IMG/VR virus record: IMGVR_UViG_3300021138_000133
Location: 1-27,661 of that record
DNA from: a virus
Taxonomy: Duplodnaviria; Caudoviricetes
Length of the DNA: 27,661 nt
Reading direction: 5' to 3' (one strand)
This document shows, piece by piece, positions 7,934 to 17,369 of the stretch (positions are counted from its first letter, which is position 1; each line of letters starts with the position of its first letter). Made by a program: the position numbers and the translations under genes. The notes beneath the pieces were generated by a model, which was given only the letters and a program-made list of their open reading frames with translations, did not search any database and had not been told where the DNA came from.

Positions 7934-8770
7934 ATGTTTAAAAACCCCCCAAGAATCTTTGCCCATAAAACGGTAGTTGACAAAGGCAACTTTGTCTTGC
8001 CTGATTATATACTCAACAAAGGCAATGATGGTGTAAATCTATTCCACAGATACTGTCCTCACAGGATGTATCCGCTACATACTCCCGGTGAGCACGTGGA
8101 TGAAATTAACTGTAAACTTCACAATTTTAGCTGGAGCAAAGATGGTACTCCGTTGAACAATCCTAAAAAGATACATTGTGGGGCAACTACTACCGGCCGT
8201 TCTGGATTAGTATTTAAAAATTTTAAAGAGCCCGATCATGCATGGGTTGATGAGCTAGCATCAGAAACTAATCTGGTATACAGTCACTCGTTCCAAGGTG
8301 AAAGTAAAGGTAGTTGGTTATGGTTAATGGATATTGAGGCCGATTTATTCCATGTGTACAAAGGCGGAACACATCCAATACTATCTGAACAGATTGATAT
8401 TAATGATGTAGTATTAGATCAAGGCGACGGGTGGATATTACAAAGTCATCCCGACGGCTGGTGGCTTTACATATTTCCATTTACATTCGTTGAGTACGGT
8501 CGTCCAGGGTGTGTTATGGTTCAAAATATTGTGCCCGATGATACTAATTCAGAATATGGATTTAAATGGATAACACAATTTTATTATGCTCCGACCGTTA
8601 CAGCAAATGCTAAAATATTATTTGAAGTACTCGAAACTGTGTTTAGAGAAGATGTGGAAACTGCTGAATTGCAAAAGGGCGACTATTTTCCATTGATGAA
8701 AGCACTTAATAGATTTGAGGACCATTGTGTACATTTTGGTCGCTGGGTTACGGAAAATAAAATAAAATGA
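7934..8770 (+). CDS. Rieske non-heme iron oxygenase alpha-like subunit
   Basis: CPH...CKLH Rieske ligands; DLFH...TH and FRED mononuclear-iron ligands. Confidence 0.85.
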   Translation: MFKNPPRIFAHKTVVDKGNFVLPDYILNKGNDGVNLFHRYCPHRMYPLHTPGEHVDEINCKLHNFSWSKDGTPLNNPKKIHCGATTTGRSGLVFKNFKEPDHAWVDELASETNLVYSHSFQGESKGSWLWLMDIEADLFHVYKGGTHPILSEQIDINDVVLDQGDGWILQSHPDGWWLYIFPFTFVEYGRPGCVMVQNIVPDDTNSEYGFKWITQFYYAPTVTANAKILFEVLETVFREDVETAELQKGDYFPLMKALNRFEDHCVHFGRWVTENKIK

Positions 8771-9129
8771 GCTATTGGGGATATCATTTAATGCTGGACT
8801 GCGGTGATTGTGACCGCACCGCAATGACCGACAAGGCTGTTGTCCGGGCCTTTGTTAAAGAACTTGTTGAGGCCATTGACATGATTGCTGTAGGTGAACC
8901 ATGGATTGAACGTACTGCTATAGGTATTCCAGATAAAGAAGGATTCAGCCTGTACCAGTTGATAGTTACCAGTAATATTTCAGCGCACTTTGTTGATGAG
9001 CCCGGACAAATTTATCTAGATGTGTTTAGCTGTAAACAGTTTAATGCCGATACTGTCAAGGAAGTGTTTATAAAATACTTTAATCCCCGGCATATTAAAA
9101 CCAACTTCCTAACTAGAAACGCTGACTAA
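8767..9129 (+). CDS. speD: pyruvoyl-dependent S-adenosylmethionine decarboxylase family proenzyme
   Basis: GYHLMLD...TSNISAHF...YLDVFSCK; 120 aa, class 1b size. Confidence 0.85.
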   Translation: MSYWGYHLMLDCGDCDRTAMTDKAVVRAFVKELVEAIDMIAVGEPWIERTAIGIPDKEGFSLYQLIVTSNISAHFVDEPGQIYLDVFSCKQFNADTVKEVFIKYFNPRHIKTNFLTRNAD

Positions 9130-9956
9130 ACTTTTGTCTTTTTAAGATAGTCGTTAAAGTGTTTTTTAGGCTGTTCAGCTAGTCCTTTACCGTAGACAAC
9201 TATAGCTTCGGACTGTGTCTTATCTTGCTGCCAGGCTGTTTCCCAAATGCCAGAGTTTAACCGCCATTCGGCTAAATTAGACATATTATCTTTGTATTTC
9301 CAAACTACTACATCGGTTGATGTATCGCTAGTAGGAACACAGACTGTAATAAACATAGCACCTGGTTGCCATTCTATCATAGTATAAGGATAAACTGCTA
9401 GCCATAGAGCAGCTAACCCAGGACCGCCACTGGTAGGTGTAACTCGCTGTAGGCTACCATTGTCAAAATAATCCCAGGTAACATCAGCAGCGCCGGCGAT
9501 ACCAATGGCATCATAGACATTTTCATGTACTAAAGGAATATGATCAACGTCTAAGAATACATCCATTATAATTCTAGCATCTGCTTGTACCGTATCAATT
9601 CTACGTTCTACCAAGGAAAAGTTATCCAATGACAAGTGTTCGACTTCGGGAATACTGTAAGGCTGATCAAACAATAGCCCTTTATAGTTGTAAGCATCAG
9701 TTAATGATAGTTTTTTCTTATTGCACACAGGAGTGTATCCGTTGCCGACGGGCAAACCGTTATTATCCCAGGACCATCCGTGATACTGGCAGCGTAGTTC
9801 CTCTGTGGTTGCGGAAATAATTCTACTGGCTTGATGCGGGCAAACATTTGACCCAATTTGATATTGTCCGTTGTTAATTAAAAATTTCTTATTTTGAAAT
9901 TGTGGCAACGGTGTAGAATAATTTAATCTTAGATCAGAAACGTGTGCTAGAAACAT
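9126..9956 (-). CDS. Rieske non-heme iron oxygenase alpha-like subunit
   Basis: CPHQ...CQYHGW Rieske ligands; DVDHIPLVH and QQD iron ligands. Confidence 0.88.
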   Translation of the reverse strand: MFLAHVSDLRLNYSTPLPQFQNKKFLINNGQYQIGSNVCPHQASRIISATTEELRCQYHGWSWDNNGLPVGNGYTPVCNKKKLSLTDAYNYKGLLFDQPYSIPEVEHLSLDNFSLVERRIDTVQADARIIMDVFLDVDHIPLVHENVYDAIGIAGAADVTWDYFDNGSLQRVTPTSGGPGLAALWLAVYPYTMIEWQPGAMFITVCVPTSDTSTDVVVWKYKDNMSNLAEWRLNSGIWETAWQQDKTQSEAIVVYGKGLAEQPKKHFNDYLKKTKV

Positions 9957-10000
9957 AGAAATACTTATTCGTCTACAGCATATACATTAAATATAACGCA

Positions 10001-10882
10001 ATGGAACTAATACACAACAACTATCTTCGAGGATCAGGACACGGCAAAACCTGGCAAGTAGCAATAGATCCACCTACCAGACCGGTAAAAAGTTACTATG
10101 AAGAAACGGTTACTGCATTAGAAATGGTCTGGGCCAACCGGCAAGGGCCTTTACAACTATGTTATAGTGGCGGACTTGACAGCGAATATGTCCTGGCTGT
10201 TTTATTAGAAATTGGTATGACTGCTGAAGTCATAATAATGCGTACCGAATATAATCATCCCGAAACTGATTATGCTTTTAAATTTTGCTCAGCCCGCAAT
10301 ATAACTCCTAAAATAATAGAGTTAAACTTTGATCGTTTTGTTGAATCGGGACAGCTATTAGCCATAGCCGAATCGATTGAATCAGCCGGTGTACATATTC
10401 CAACTAATATGTGGCTGGCCAGTCAACTTGATGGTACAGTTATAACTGGCAATGATCCTCCACATATGAAACCAATTGACGGTGTTTGGCACCTAGATGA
10501 AGAAGAGTATATACACACTCAATTGCGCTATTTTAAACAGAACGGCCTACAAGGAACTCCGTTTTTATTAAGTTATACACCCGAACTCATGCTATCTTTT
10601 TTAACAGATCCTACCATGGTGGCCCTGGCCAATAATCAAATACCCGGAAAGTTGGGCACTAATTCTAGCAAGGTTCATGTATTCAACAACAACGGTGGTA
10701 GATTTGTACTAGAACAACGAACTAAACTACACGGATACGAACTGGTCGAGCAGAGCCCAATTTGGAATCACCCAGATATACGTCTCGTCGAAAGTTGGAA
10801 AGCCCAATGGTATGGTTCATCTGATCATCAGTATCACGAAGTAGTAGAAACATTATCGTCAGGAAAAACATCAATTAAATGA
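10001..10882 (+). CDS. PP-loop ATP pyrophosphatase-like protein, short type
   Basis: LCYSGGLDSEYVL; GTVITG; late KLHGYE motif. Confidence 0.75.
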   Translation: MELIHNNYLRGSGHGKTWQVAIDPPTRPVKSYYEETVTALEMVWANRQGPLQLCYSGGLDSEYVLAVLLEIGMTAEVIIMRTEYNHPETDYAFKFCSARNITPKIIELNFDRFVESGQLLAIAESIESAGVHIPTNMWLASQLDGTVITGNDPPHMKPIDGVWHLDEEEYIHTQLRYFKQNGLQGTPFLLSYTPELMLSFLTDPTMVALANNQIPGKLGTNSSKVHVFNNNGGRFVLEQRTKLHGYELVEQSPIWNHPDIRLVESWKAQWYGSSDHQYHEVVETLSSGKTSIK

Positions 10883-11427
10883 GAACTATAACTTGGGTGC
10901 CCGGCACAGACGCTGAACACGACGAATTATTTGATCAACTGCGCGAACAGCACTATAACGATCACAGCCATCGTTTGTGGAAAAACTATAGTCGAGAAGA
11001 GTTTAACTATATTAATCCAGTGGCACTAACAATATATTTTGACGACAACGGCATTCCCGAAGTATGTTCTAGTATCAGCAAGCGTGACTGCTGGCCCCAG
11101 GGTGTTTACCGCATACATAATCGTGTTTGGAAATGTAACAATAAAACGCAGTTTTTACGCCGAGTAAGTCCTAGTATGGGCTATAGTGCTCGTAGTCAAA
11201 TTGAGTGGTTAGAACAAAATACAGACTGTCAACTCTATTTTATCAGCAGACAAACCGATAATAAATGGAATGGTTGGATGATTGAACATTTTAAAGAATA
11301 TAACATAAATTTTAAAACGGATAAGTACTTATATCTAACTTGCCCTAACGAGTGCGACAATACGTGTTGGCAACATATTATCTATAGTGGCAATGAATCA
11401 TTGTTAGAACAATGGAAACGTCAATGA
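10879..11427 (+). CDS. hypothetical protein (possible acyltransferase-like fold, weak)
   Basis: 182-aa ORF ATGA-coupled on both sides; no decisive motif. Confidence 0.7.
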   Translation: MRTITWVPGTDAEHDELFDQLREQHYNDHSHRLWKNYSREEFNYINPVALTIYFDDNGIPEVCSSISKRDCWPQGVYRIHNRVWKCNNKTQFLRRVSPSMGYSARSQIEWLEQNTDCQLYFISRQTDNKWNGWMIEHFKEYNINFKTDKYLYLTCPNECDNTCWQHIIYSGNESLLEQWKRQ

Positions 11428-12206
11428 AGAATATTTTTAATGTAAACAGATTGAAGAATTTACAGATATTAACTATCTCTGTTTATATACTCGCAGCTGT
11501 ATCTGTAGCTGTTATACCGTTTACGTGGTCTATGGCTGCCCTAACTATTTTTATGTATTTTTTAATATTTGGGTTCGGTGTTAGTATAACCCTACACCGT
11601 AGCATTACTCATCGAGCATTGTCAATGAATCCTGTGGTTGAAGTAGTAGGCAAGTTCTTTGCTAGTATGGGCGGAACTGGTAGCCCTATTAGTTGGGTAT
11701 TAATACACAAAGCACATCACAAGTATTCAGACACAGATTTAGATCCGCACCGTGCGCAAGATATATTAAAATACCTAGTGGGCAAGTATCCCGAAGTTAG
11801 CCAAGTTGGTCTGCGCAGACTAGCAGAAAGTCGCGTTAATAAAATACTACACAGACACTATTACCTAGTAATGTTGGCCTATGCAGCTGTTTGGGCTGCA
11901 CTGGGCGTGGACTTTTTCTTTTATGGATTTGTTTATCCAATGGTATTGACCATGGTTGCCGGGCATTTGGTAAATTGGTATACCCACTCCAAACGTTGGC
12001 TCAACTACAGATTACACAATATCAAAGATACCAGCCAAAATAACATTATAATAGCACTGTTGACCTGGGGCGAAGGGTTTCATAATACTCATCACAAATA
12101 TGCTGGTCGTGCCAATTTTGGTATGCATTGGTGGGAGTGCGATCTATCGTTTTTATTCATTCGACTACTAGCCGGACTAAAACTGGCGCAAATACGAATT
12201 AAGTAG
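11424..12206 (+). CDS. membrane fatty-acid (delta-9-like) desaturase
   Basis: His boxes HRSITH, HKAHH, HNTHH; GEGFHN; SDTDLDPH; TM helices; ATGA overlap start. Confidence 0.92.
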   Translation: MKNIFNVNRLKNLQILTISVYILAAVSVAVIPFTWSMAALTIFMYFLIFGFGVSITLHRSITHRALSMNPVVEVVGKFFASMGGTGSPISWVLIHKAHHKYSDTDLDPHRAQDILKYLVGKYPEVSQVGLRRLAESRVNKILHRHYYLVMLAYAAVWAALGVDFFFYGFVYPMVLTMVAGHLVNWYTHSKRWLNYRLHNIKDTSQNNIIIALLTWGEGFHNTHHKYAGRANFGMHWWECDLSFLFIRLLAGLKLAQIRIK

Positions 12207-12248
12207 CCTGTTATATCATAAATAATAGTATAAATTAGGAGAAACACA

Positions 12249-12551
12249 ATGGCAATATGGACTAAACTTACCACAACAACTTCAAAACCCAGTGGTGTGG
12301 AATTTTTCTTGTCAGACTCTGACACTAGATACGAAGATTTATGTAAATCATTAGAAGGTTTTGTTAGTTATAACAAAACACAACCAGATGCTAATACAAG
12401 AATTCAGGAAATAGTATGGGCTACTAACGCAGCCTGGGTAAATTACCTAGATGTTGCAAATACCAATCAAATGATGCTTGATAATAAAGCATATAATCAA
12501 GCCAATGGCATTACATATAGTGCTGTAGTAACTGACGTTCCTAGTACATAA
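12249..12551 (+). CDS. small Thr/Asn-rich protein
   Basis: Own TAAATA (12219-12224) and strong AGGAG SD; 100 aa. Confidence 0.85.
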   Translation: MAIWTKLTTTTSKPSGVEFFLSDSDTRYEDLCKSLEGFVSYNKTQPDANTRIQEIVWATNAAWVNYLDVANTNQMMLDNKAYNQANGITYSAVVTDVPST

Positions 12552-12589
12552 ATTATATCACAATAATATAAAATTGGTGGTTAAATATT

Positions 12590-12612
12590 CTCGACGCATT
12601 TAATGCGTCGAG
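12590..12612. repeat. perfect 11-bp inverted repeat
   Basis: CTCGACGCATT-T-AATGCGTCGAG between two TAAATA hexamers; no U-tract. Confidence 0.85.
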
Positions 12613-12622
12613 TAAATACAAA

Positions 12623-13327
12623 ATGAGAACCAAAGAAGCCATTGAATCTATTAAGTCCAGGATAATAGAACCGTACAGTATAACGGACTTTATAAGCTAT
12701 AGTGATGTTAAACATCTTATTCAGTTATTCGAATCACAACGTACAGAACCTAATGCCGTATATAAAAATACTGGCCCAATAACCTTGGATATTATTGACT
12801 ATTCAGAAGATCCAATAATATCTACTATCATCAAAAAAATAAAAGAAGAAATTGGACCAATCGAAATAACTGCTGGATTCTTCTTTACAACTAATTACCC
12901 CCATATCATACACAATGATGATACATTTGAGTTACCAGACGGTGTTTACCGTGCTATAACATTGCCGCTACAAATAACTCGTACCTCGGGCGATGAATTA
13001 CCAAAGTTGTGTTTCTTTGATCAGTTTTATTTTCACGGTCCTGCTAAGTTTTTTAACGGCGATACCAACGTAGCTACTTACTATAACAAACAAGTCTACG
13101 AGTACAGTGATGTAGATGGTTTAGTTGATACACAGTTTGTTGACACAGATAAATTGTTTACACACCTAAAGCCCAGCTGGCTTAACGGACTAAGTTTACA
13201 CAGTACCTTGGAGTGGCGCCCGGGTAATGCCATTATATTTGACAGCGTTAGATTACATTGTGCTAGCGATTTTAGGCGGCTAAATATTCAATCAAAGCTA
13301 GCAATAAGTATTTTTACACGATTATGA
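12623..13327 (+). CDS. Fe(II)/2OG oxygenase-like protein
   Basis: IHND; WRPGNAIIFDSVRLHCAS; terminal K..ISIF. Confidence 0.8.
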   Translation: MRTKEAIESIKSRIIEPYSITDFISYSDVKHLIQLFESQRTEPNAVYKNTGPITLDIIDYSEDPIISTIIKKIKEEIGPIEITAGFFFTTNYPHIIHNDDTFELPDGVYRAITLPLQITRTSGDELPKLCFFDQFYFHGPAKFFNGDTNVATYYNKQVYEYSDVDGLVDTQFVDTDKLFTHLKPSWLNGLSLHSTLEWRPGNAIIFDSVRLHCASDFRRLNIQSKLAISIFTRL

Positions 13328-13863
13328 TTTACGAATTTCTTAATATACCCAATCACAAATCAATATCTGATCAAGTATACGAATATGTATTGTTTAAAAC
13401 AACAATAATGAAAGCAAATGCCATATGGAATTGGGCCAATACTCAGGAAATCTTAATAACAGTCCCAGAATTAAAAGCGGCACTTGATCGGCTGAATTTA
13501 GAAATTCAGCAGATATCCATTGTCAAGGCAGAGCCAGGATCAAATATTAAAATGCACATTGACTACGATCAAGAACCAAGAGCCTTGTGGCCAATTAGAA
13601 ATACTCAGGGTTCTTATACAAAGTTCTTTGATGTTGATAGAAAAAATATTGTGGAGCAACGTGGCCCAATGGGCGATATTTATTATGAGATTTTAAATAC
13701 TGATCAAGCCATGCAAATAGATTCATTAGAATTACTTGCTCCGGTTATGTTCAAGCCTTGGATAGCTCATGGTATTTGGTCCAATCCTGAGTGTGCGGAA
13801 CCTAGACTTACTATGACAATAAAATTTAAGAATGTTACTAACTATGTTTTTCCAAAAGATTAA
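13324..13863 (+). CDS. HxD...H cupin/2OG oxygenase-like protein
   Basis: MHID, WPIRN, AHGIWSN, RLTMTIKF. Confidence 0.75.
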   Translation: MIYEFLNIPNHKSISDQVYEYVLFKTTIMKANAIWNWANTQEILITVPELKAALDRLNLEIQQISIVKAEPGSNIKMHIDYDQEPRALWPIRNTQGSYTKFFDVDRKNIVEQRGPMGDIYYEILNTDQAMQIDSLELLAPVMFKPWIAHGIWSNPECAEPRLTMTIKFKNVTNYVFPKD

Positions 13864-14365
13864 AATAGCAGATCCAGACTGGAATCTAGATTCAGTTGAA
13901 CTTCCGGAACCCTTTACCACCTTGTATGAACGTCATTATACAAATATAAACGAAATAGTGCCAGTTGAGTTCATAGAAAAACTTAAAACTATTGACATGG
14001 TACCAGATTATATACGATTGTTTGTGTGGCCCAGAAACAGTTGCGGAATCTGGCATATAGATGGTAATATAAATACCTTTCGTCATTGTTCGATGAATTG
14101 GATACTCAAAGGGTCCGGGTTAATTCAATTCAACAATTCGATCAAACTGCACCCAATACTTGGAGTACACAAAGGGTTACAAGGTACCTTAGAAGACGCA
14201 GTCGAAGCCGAAACTGATGGACATGGATGTATAATTGATACTGCCAGTTGCCACAGAGTTGTAACTGGCGATGATGGTAGAACAACCATTTGTTTAAGCT
14301 ACAAAGACAAAGACGTAACGCATGCGGTAATGCTAAAAAAATTAACTGCCAATGGAATGATATGA
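13844..14365 (+). CDS. HxD...H cupin/2OG oxygenase-like protein
   Basis: WHID, MNW, IIDT..CHRV, RTTICL; start re-assigned to 13844. Confidence 0.75.
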   Translation: MFFQKIKIADPDWNLDSVELPEPFTTLYERHYTNINEIVPVEFIEKLKTIDMVPDYIRLFVWPRNSCGIWHIDGNINTFRHCSMNWILKGSGLIQFNNSIKLHPILGVHKGLQGTLEDAVEAETDGHGCIIDTASCHRVVTGDDGRTTICLSYKDKDVTHAVMLKKLTANGMI

Positions 14366-14910
14366 AAAATATAGTGTTTTTACCGATTGATATAGATCTA
14401 ACTGAATTAAACTTTCAACAATTAGACAATACCAATAAAGCTGGAAAATGGAACGGTTATTGGGACGCTAGTTTTATTAATGATGAAACAGTTAAACAAA
14501 CTAATCTTGACCGTATTTTAAATCAACTTCCATTTACCCGACTGACTCGACTACTGCACAAAGTTCAGACTGTGGCAGTCGGCGCACATTTGGATTGTTC
14601 AACCGACATGATCTACGAAGCAGGCGAGCACGACTACATAAAAAGTATTGAACCCAGTGGGTATAGACTTGTATTAAGTGGCAGTCCCAAAGCATTGTGG
14701 GTATATGATAACAAAGAATGGCATAACGTTACACTGCCTAGCGTTCCGTGTTGCTATGTATTAAATGCTTCAGCGGGTATACATAAAGTAGCCGCTGACG
14801 TTGGAAGAGAAACAATCTTTACACGTGGCTATGTAGATTTAGAAAAGCATCAAGAAATTTTAAAACGTAGTCTTGAAAAATACGGGGACTACGCTGTATA
14901 TTTTCAGTGA
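14362..14910 (+). CDS. HxD...H cupin/2OG oxygenase-like protein
   Basis: AHLD, EPSGYRLVL, IHKV, R; ATGA overlap start at 14362. Confidence 0.72.
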   Translation: MKNIVFLPIDIDLTELNFQQLDNTNKAGKWNGYWDASFINDETVKQTNLDRILNQLPFTRLTRLLHKVQTVAVGAHLDCSTDMIYEAGEHDYIKSIEPSGYRLVLSGSPKALWVYDNKEWHNVTLPSVPCCYVLNASAGIHKVAADVGRETIFTRGYVDLEKHQEILKRSLEKYGDYAVYFQ

Positions 14911-15599
14911 GTATGTGCTAGATTAGCCACTACCCGACTAACATTCTCTGCAGTAAATGGAATGTTTAAAATCAAGTGTTGACTGTTGTCAACCCAACTA
15001 ACAGTGCGATGTGTCATGCGAGTATTGACATAGTAGACTTGCCCAGGTTGTATGGCCATTTTTCTATCGTCCATCAACCAATCATACTGTAAGGGTCCTA
15101 CATTGTTAAGAAATACAATAAGACGGAACACATCTCTAGGCATACTTGGATGATCACGGTGTGGAACAAAGTATCCGCCAGTATTGGACTGTACAATGAA
15201 TGTCCGACCTAACGGTTCCCACGTACTTAAAAATGGATGTAGACTAGTACAAGCCCGATATACATCAGTTGGTTGATTAAATTCCATTTCACTTAATCTG
15301 CGCCCAGCAGCGTAACTAGCTTCGGCTAAACTAGGAACATCTCTGTGTGTTTTACCCGGTAAGTTGGTTACGGTAAGTGCTCGTCGATTATTAGGACGAT
15401 CAGTACGTGGCAAGTAGTCAACCCAATCTGCGTCAAATTGACTAATCTCATTCATATATTGACCAAGATCAATACGGATGTTAAGGGGTTCAAATACCCC
15501 AAGGTTTGATAACACTAACTCGTTAGCAACAGTTTCGAGAGTAACTTGACTAGGATCATATTTTGCGGATTGACCGCTTATACCCGGTGGGACTTTCAT
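14904..15599 (-). CDS. Asp/Asn beta-hydroxylase-like Fe(II)/2OG oxygenase
   Basis: GGYFVPHRDH, FRLIVFLN, GQVYYVNTRMTHRTVS. Confidence 0.8.
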   Translation of the reverse strand: MKVPPGISGQSAKYDPSQVTLETVANELVLSNLGVFEPLNIRIDLGQYMNEISQFDADWVDYLPRTDRPNNRRALTVTNLPGKTHRDVPSLAEASYAAGRRLSEMEFNQPTDVYRACTSLHPFLSTWEPLGRTFIVQSNTGGYFVPHRDHPSMPRDVFRLIVFLNNVGPLQYDWLMDDRKMAIQPGQVYYVNTRMTHRTVSWVDNSQHLILNIPFTAENVSRVVANLAHTH

Positions 15600-16174
15600 A
15601 ATACTCCGGTATCAGTTTTGTTTAATTGACGAAATGCCCATATACGTTCTTGACATTGCCAACATACACCACATCTGCCATACTGTTGTTCGGTACAGGT
15701 ATGAGTGATATCAATTAAATCTTCTTGCCCTTCGGCATACATTATTTCTAGTATACGATCTTTGTATAAGTCAACAAATGGAAATATAATGCGTGGATCT
15801 AAAGATCGTTTTGAACGTATCGGTGCGCTGGGATGATCAGCTAGCTCCGGTGGATTAGTATTTAAACCAATGTATAAGTGATCAACTGGGTATCGTTCAA
15901 ATATCTCCTTAACTGCGGTGGTACTTTGTAATCTATGATACACGGTAGGATCGCCTACAAGAATAGTTTTTGGTATGCTCAATCCAAATTTACGATTCAT
16001 ATGGTCAATGACAGGATCGGCATATAATGCCGCTCCATCTGTTTTGGCTATAGTAAACGGTTGTAAGTTAATAGTAGGGTTGGATTGAACCAACAGGTAA
16101 AATAATACAGCACTATCAATACCGCCGCTTAACATTAACCCGTAGCGTTTATCTGTTGTGGTTTCTATCAGCAT
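15596..16174 (-). CDS. QueC-like (7-cyano-7-deazaguanine synthase-like) PP-loop protein
   Basis: MLSGGIDS, PFVDLYK, Zn site HTC...CGVCWQCQER; start 16174 lies 4 nt after TAAATA. Confidence 0.8.
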   Translation of the reverse strand: MLIETTTDKRYGLMLSGGIDSAVLFYLLVQSNPTINLQPFTIAKTDGAALYADPVIDHMNRKFGLSIPKTILVGDPTVYHRLQSTTAVKEIFERYPVDHLYIGLNTNPPELADHPSAPIRSKRSLDPRIIFPFVDLYKDRILEIMYAEGQEDLIDITHTCTEQQYGRCGVCWQCQERIWAFRQLNKTDTGVL

Positions 16175-16215
16175 GGGATATTTAGTGGCATATTCTGCGG
16201 GCAATAAATATCAAT

Positions 16216-16839
16216 ATGAACTTACTATTTGCTCAAGTTGACTTGCCTGTATTAGATAAAAAATTGGCTGCTGAACAAATTTTAGCCATACCAAATCGAT
16301 ATAGTTTCTGGGATAACTATCGTAGTACTAAAATGATACCTCTTATGACCAAATCAGGTATGGAAGCGTCAAATCACGTTTCGGGTGAATTTAATTGGAC
16401 TCCGCATACTCCTACAATTATTTCAGATTGGTTTGACCATGTGGTATTTCCATGGATGGGCATGCGAGCCAGAACAATGGCATTGATCACGCAACCACAA
16501 TTTCCAAATACTGAACATATTGATTGCGAACCCAACGAGCTTGATACTCAACAACACAAATTTAGAATTGTGTTACAGGGCCGTACAGATACTCTTTACT
16601 TTATCACGGATAAAGGACGTGTTCCTGCTCCAGAAATTGATTCTGCGTTTATTATGGACGGAGGTTGGCCACATGGTATGACCAACACAACCGACGAGGT
16701 TAAGGTTACACTAGCAGTCGGAGCCCCTTGGACAGGTAACGATCATTATGACAATATTGAACTGCTAATGAATCGCAATGATTACCGTATGCCCGACAAC
16801 CTCAGTGCCTACTGGCGTAACAGTTCAACCAAAAAGTAA
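16216..16839 (+). CDS. HxD...H cupin/2OG oxygenase-like protein
   Basis: EHIDC, HKFRIVLQG, WPHGMTN, KVTLAVG. Confidence 0.75.
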   Translation: MNLLFAQVDLPVLDKKLAAEQILAIPNRYSFWDNYRSTKMIPLMTKSGMEASNHVSGEFNWTPHTPTIISDWFDHVVFPWMGMRARTMALITQPQFPNTEHIDCEPNELDTQQHKFRIVLQGRTDTLYFITDKGRVPAPEIDSAFIMDGGWPHGMTNTTDEVKVTLAVGAPWTGNDHYDNIELLMNRNDYRMPDNLSAYWRNSSTKK

Positions 16840-16859
16840 GATATTCCAATTAGTTTTAT

Positions 16860-16888
16860 TTGACAAACACAGTAATTTACTGTATAAT
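16860..16888 (+). promoter_or_regulatory. sigma70-type promoter
   Basis: Perfect TTGACA-N17-TATAAT. Confidence 0.85.
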
Positions 16889-16908
16889 ATGCTTTTACAG
16901 GAGAGATC

Positions 16909-17133
16909 ATGAAATCAAGAATTGATAGTCGCACCAGCCAAATTGATACAGAACGGTGTGTGGAAAATGCTGGCGGTCGTTATGATATGGTCATTGCTGT
17001 GTCACAACGCTTGCGTGAATTAAAGCGTCGATCACGTGAAAATAGTAGTGTATATGTTACACCCATTGATGCCTTGCTCGAAATGCAAGCAGGCCAGATC
17101 GATATGATCAACTACATGGCCAAAGTGAAATAA
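16909..17133 (+). CDS. rpoZ: RNA polymerase omega subunit homologue
   Basis: CVENAGGRYDMVIAVSQRLREL...ALLEMQAGQI matches the omega pattern (RY/F-DLV..AA.RARQL...AL.EI..G); AGGAG SD. Confidence 0.85.
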   Translation: MKSRIDSRTSQIDTERCVENAGGRYDMVIAVSQRLRELKRRSRENSSVYVTPIDALLEMQAGQIDMINYMAKVK

Positions 17134-17143
17134 GGAAAAGAAC

Positions 17144-17308
17144 ATGTCAAAACCAAAACAAACAGCAAGCGAACGAGATCGCACATTATCTGGACAATGG
17201 TCCAAAACCGAGAAGCGGGCAAATATTAGCCGGCAGATGATGGATAGTCGACTTCGCACACATGCCGCACTTAAGGCATTTAAGCAAGGCCTATTTTTAA
17301 ACAAGTAA
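17144..17308 (+). CDS. small basic hypothetical protein (54 aa, not in the ORF track)
   Basis: MSKPKQTASERDRTLSGQWSK...FLNK*; TAAGGA SD. Confidence 0.7.
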   Translation: MSKPKQTASERDRTLSGQWSKTEKRANISRQMMDSRLRTHAALKAFKQGLFLNK

Positions 17309-17311
17309 CTT

Positions 17312-17357
17312 AGAAGTATTCGGAGTGGTTAAAAGCGTCAGTCTATCGTAAAATTGA
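17312..17357 (+). pseudogene. possible 5'-half tRNA relic (Ser/Leu-like)
   Basis: CGGAGTGGTTAAAAGCG D-loop-like segment, then TCAGT/ATTGA stem with an enlarged loop; no T-arm. Confidence 0.35.
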
Positions 17358-17369
17358 TAAATAATATTG

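Noticed and set aside
13244-13253. AGCGTTAGAT, a 9/10 match to the leader core
   Set aside because: Lies inside a coding region (DSVRL) with no flanking similarity; consistent with chance.
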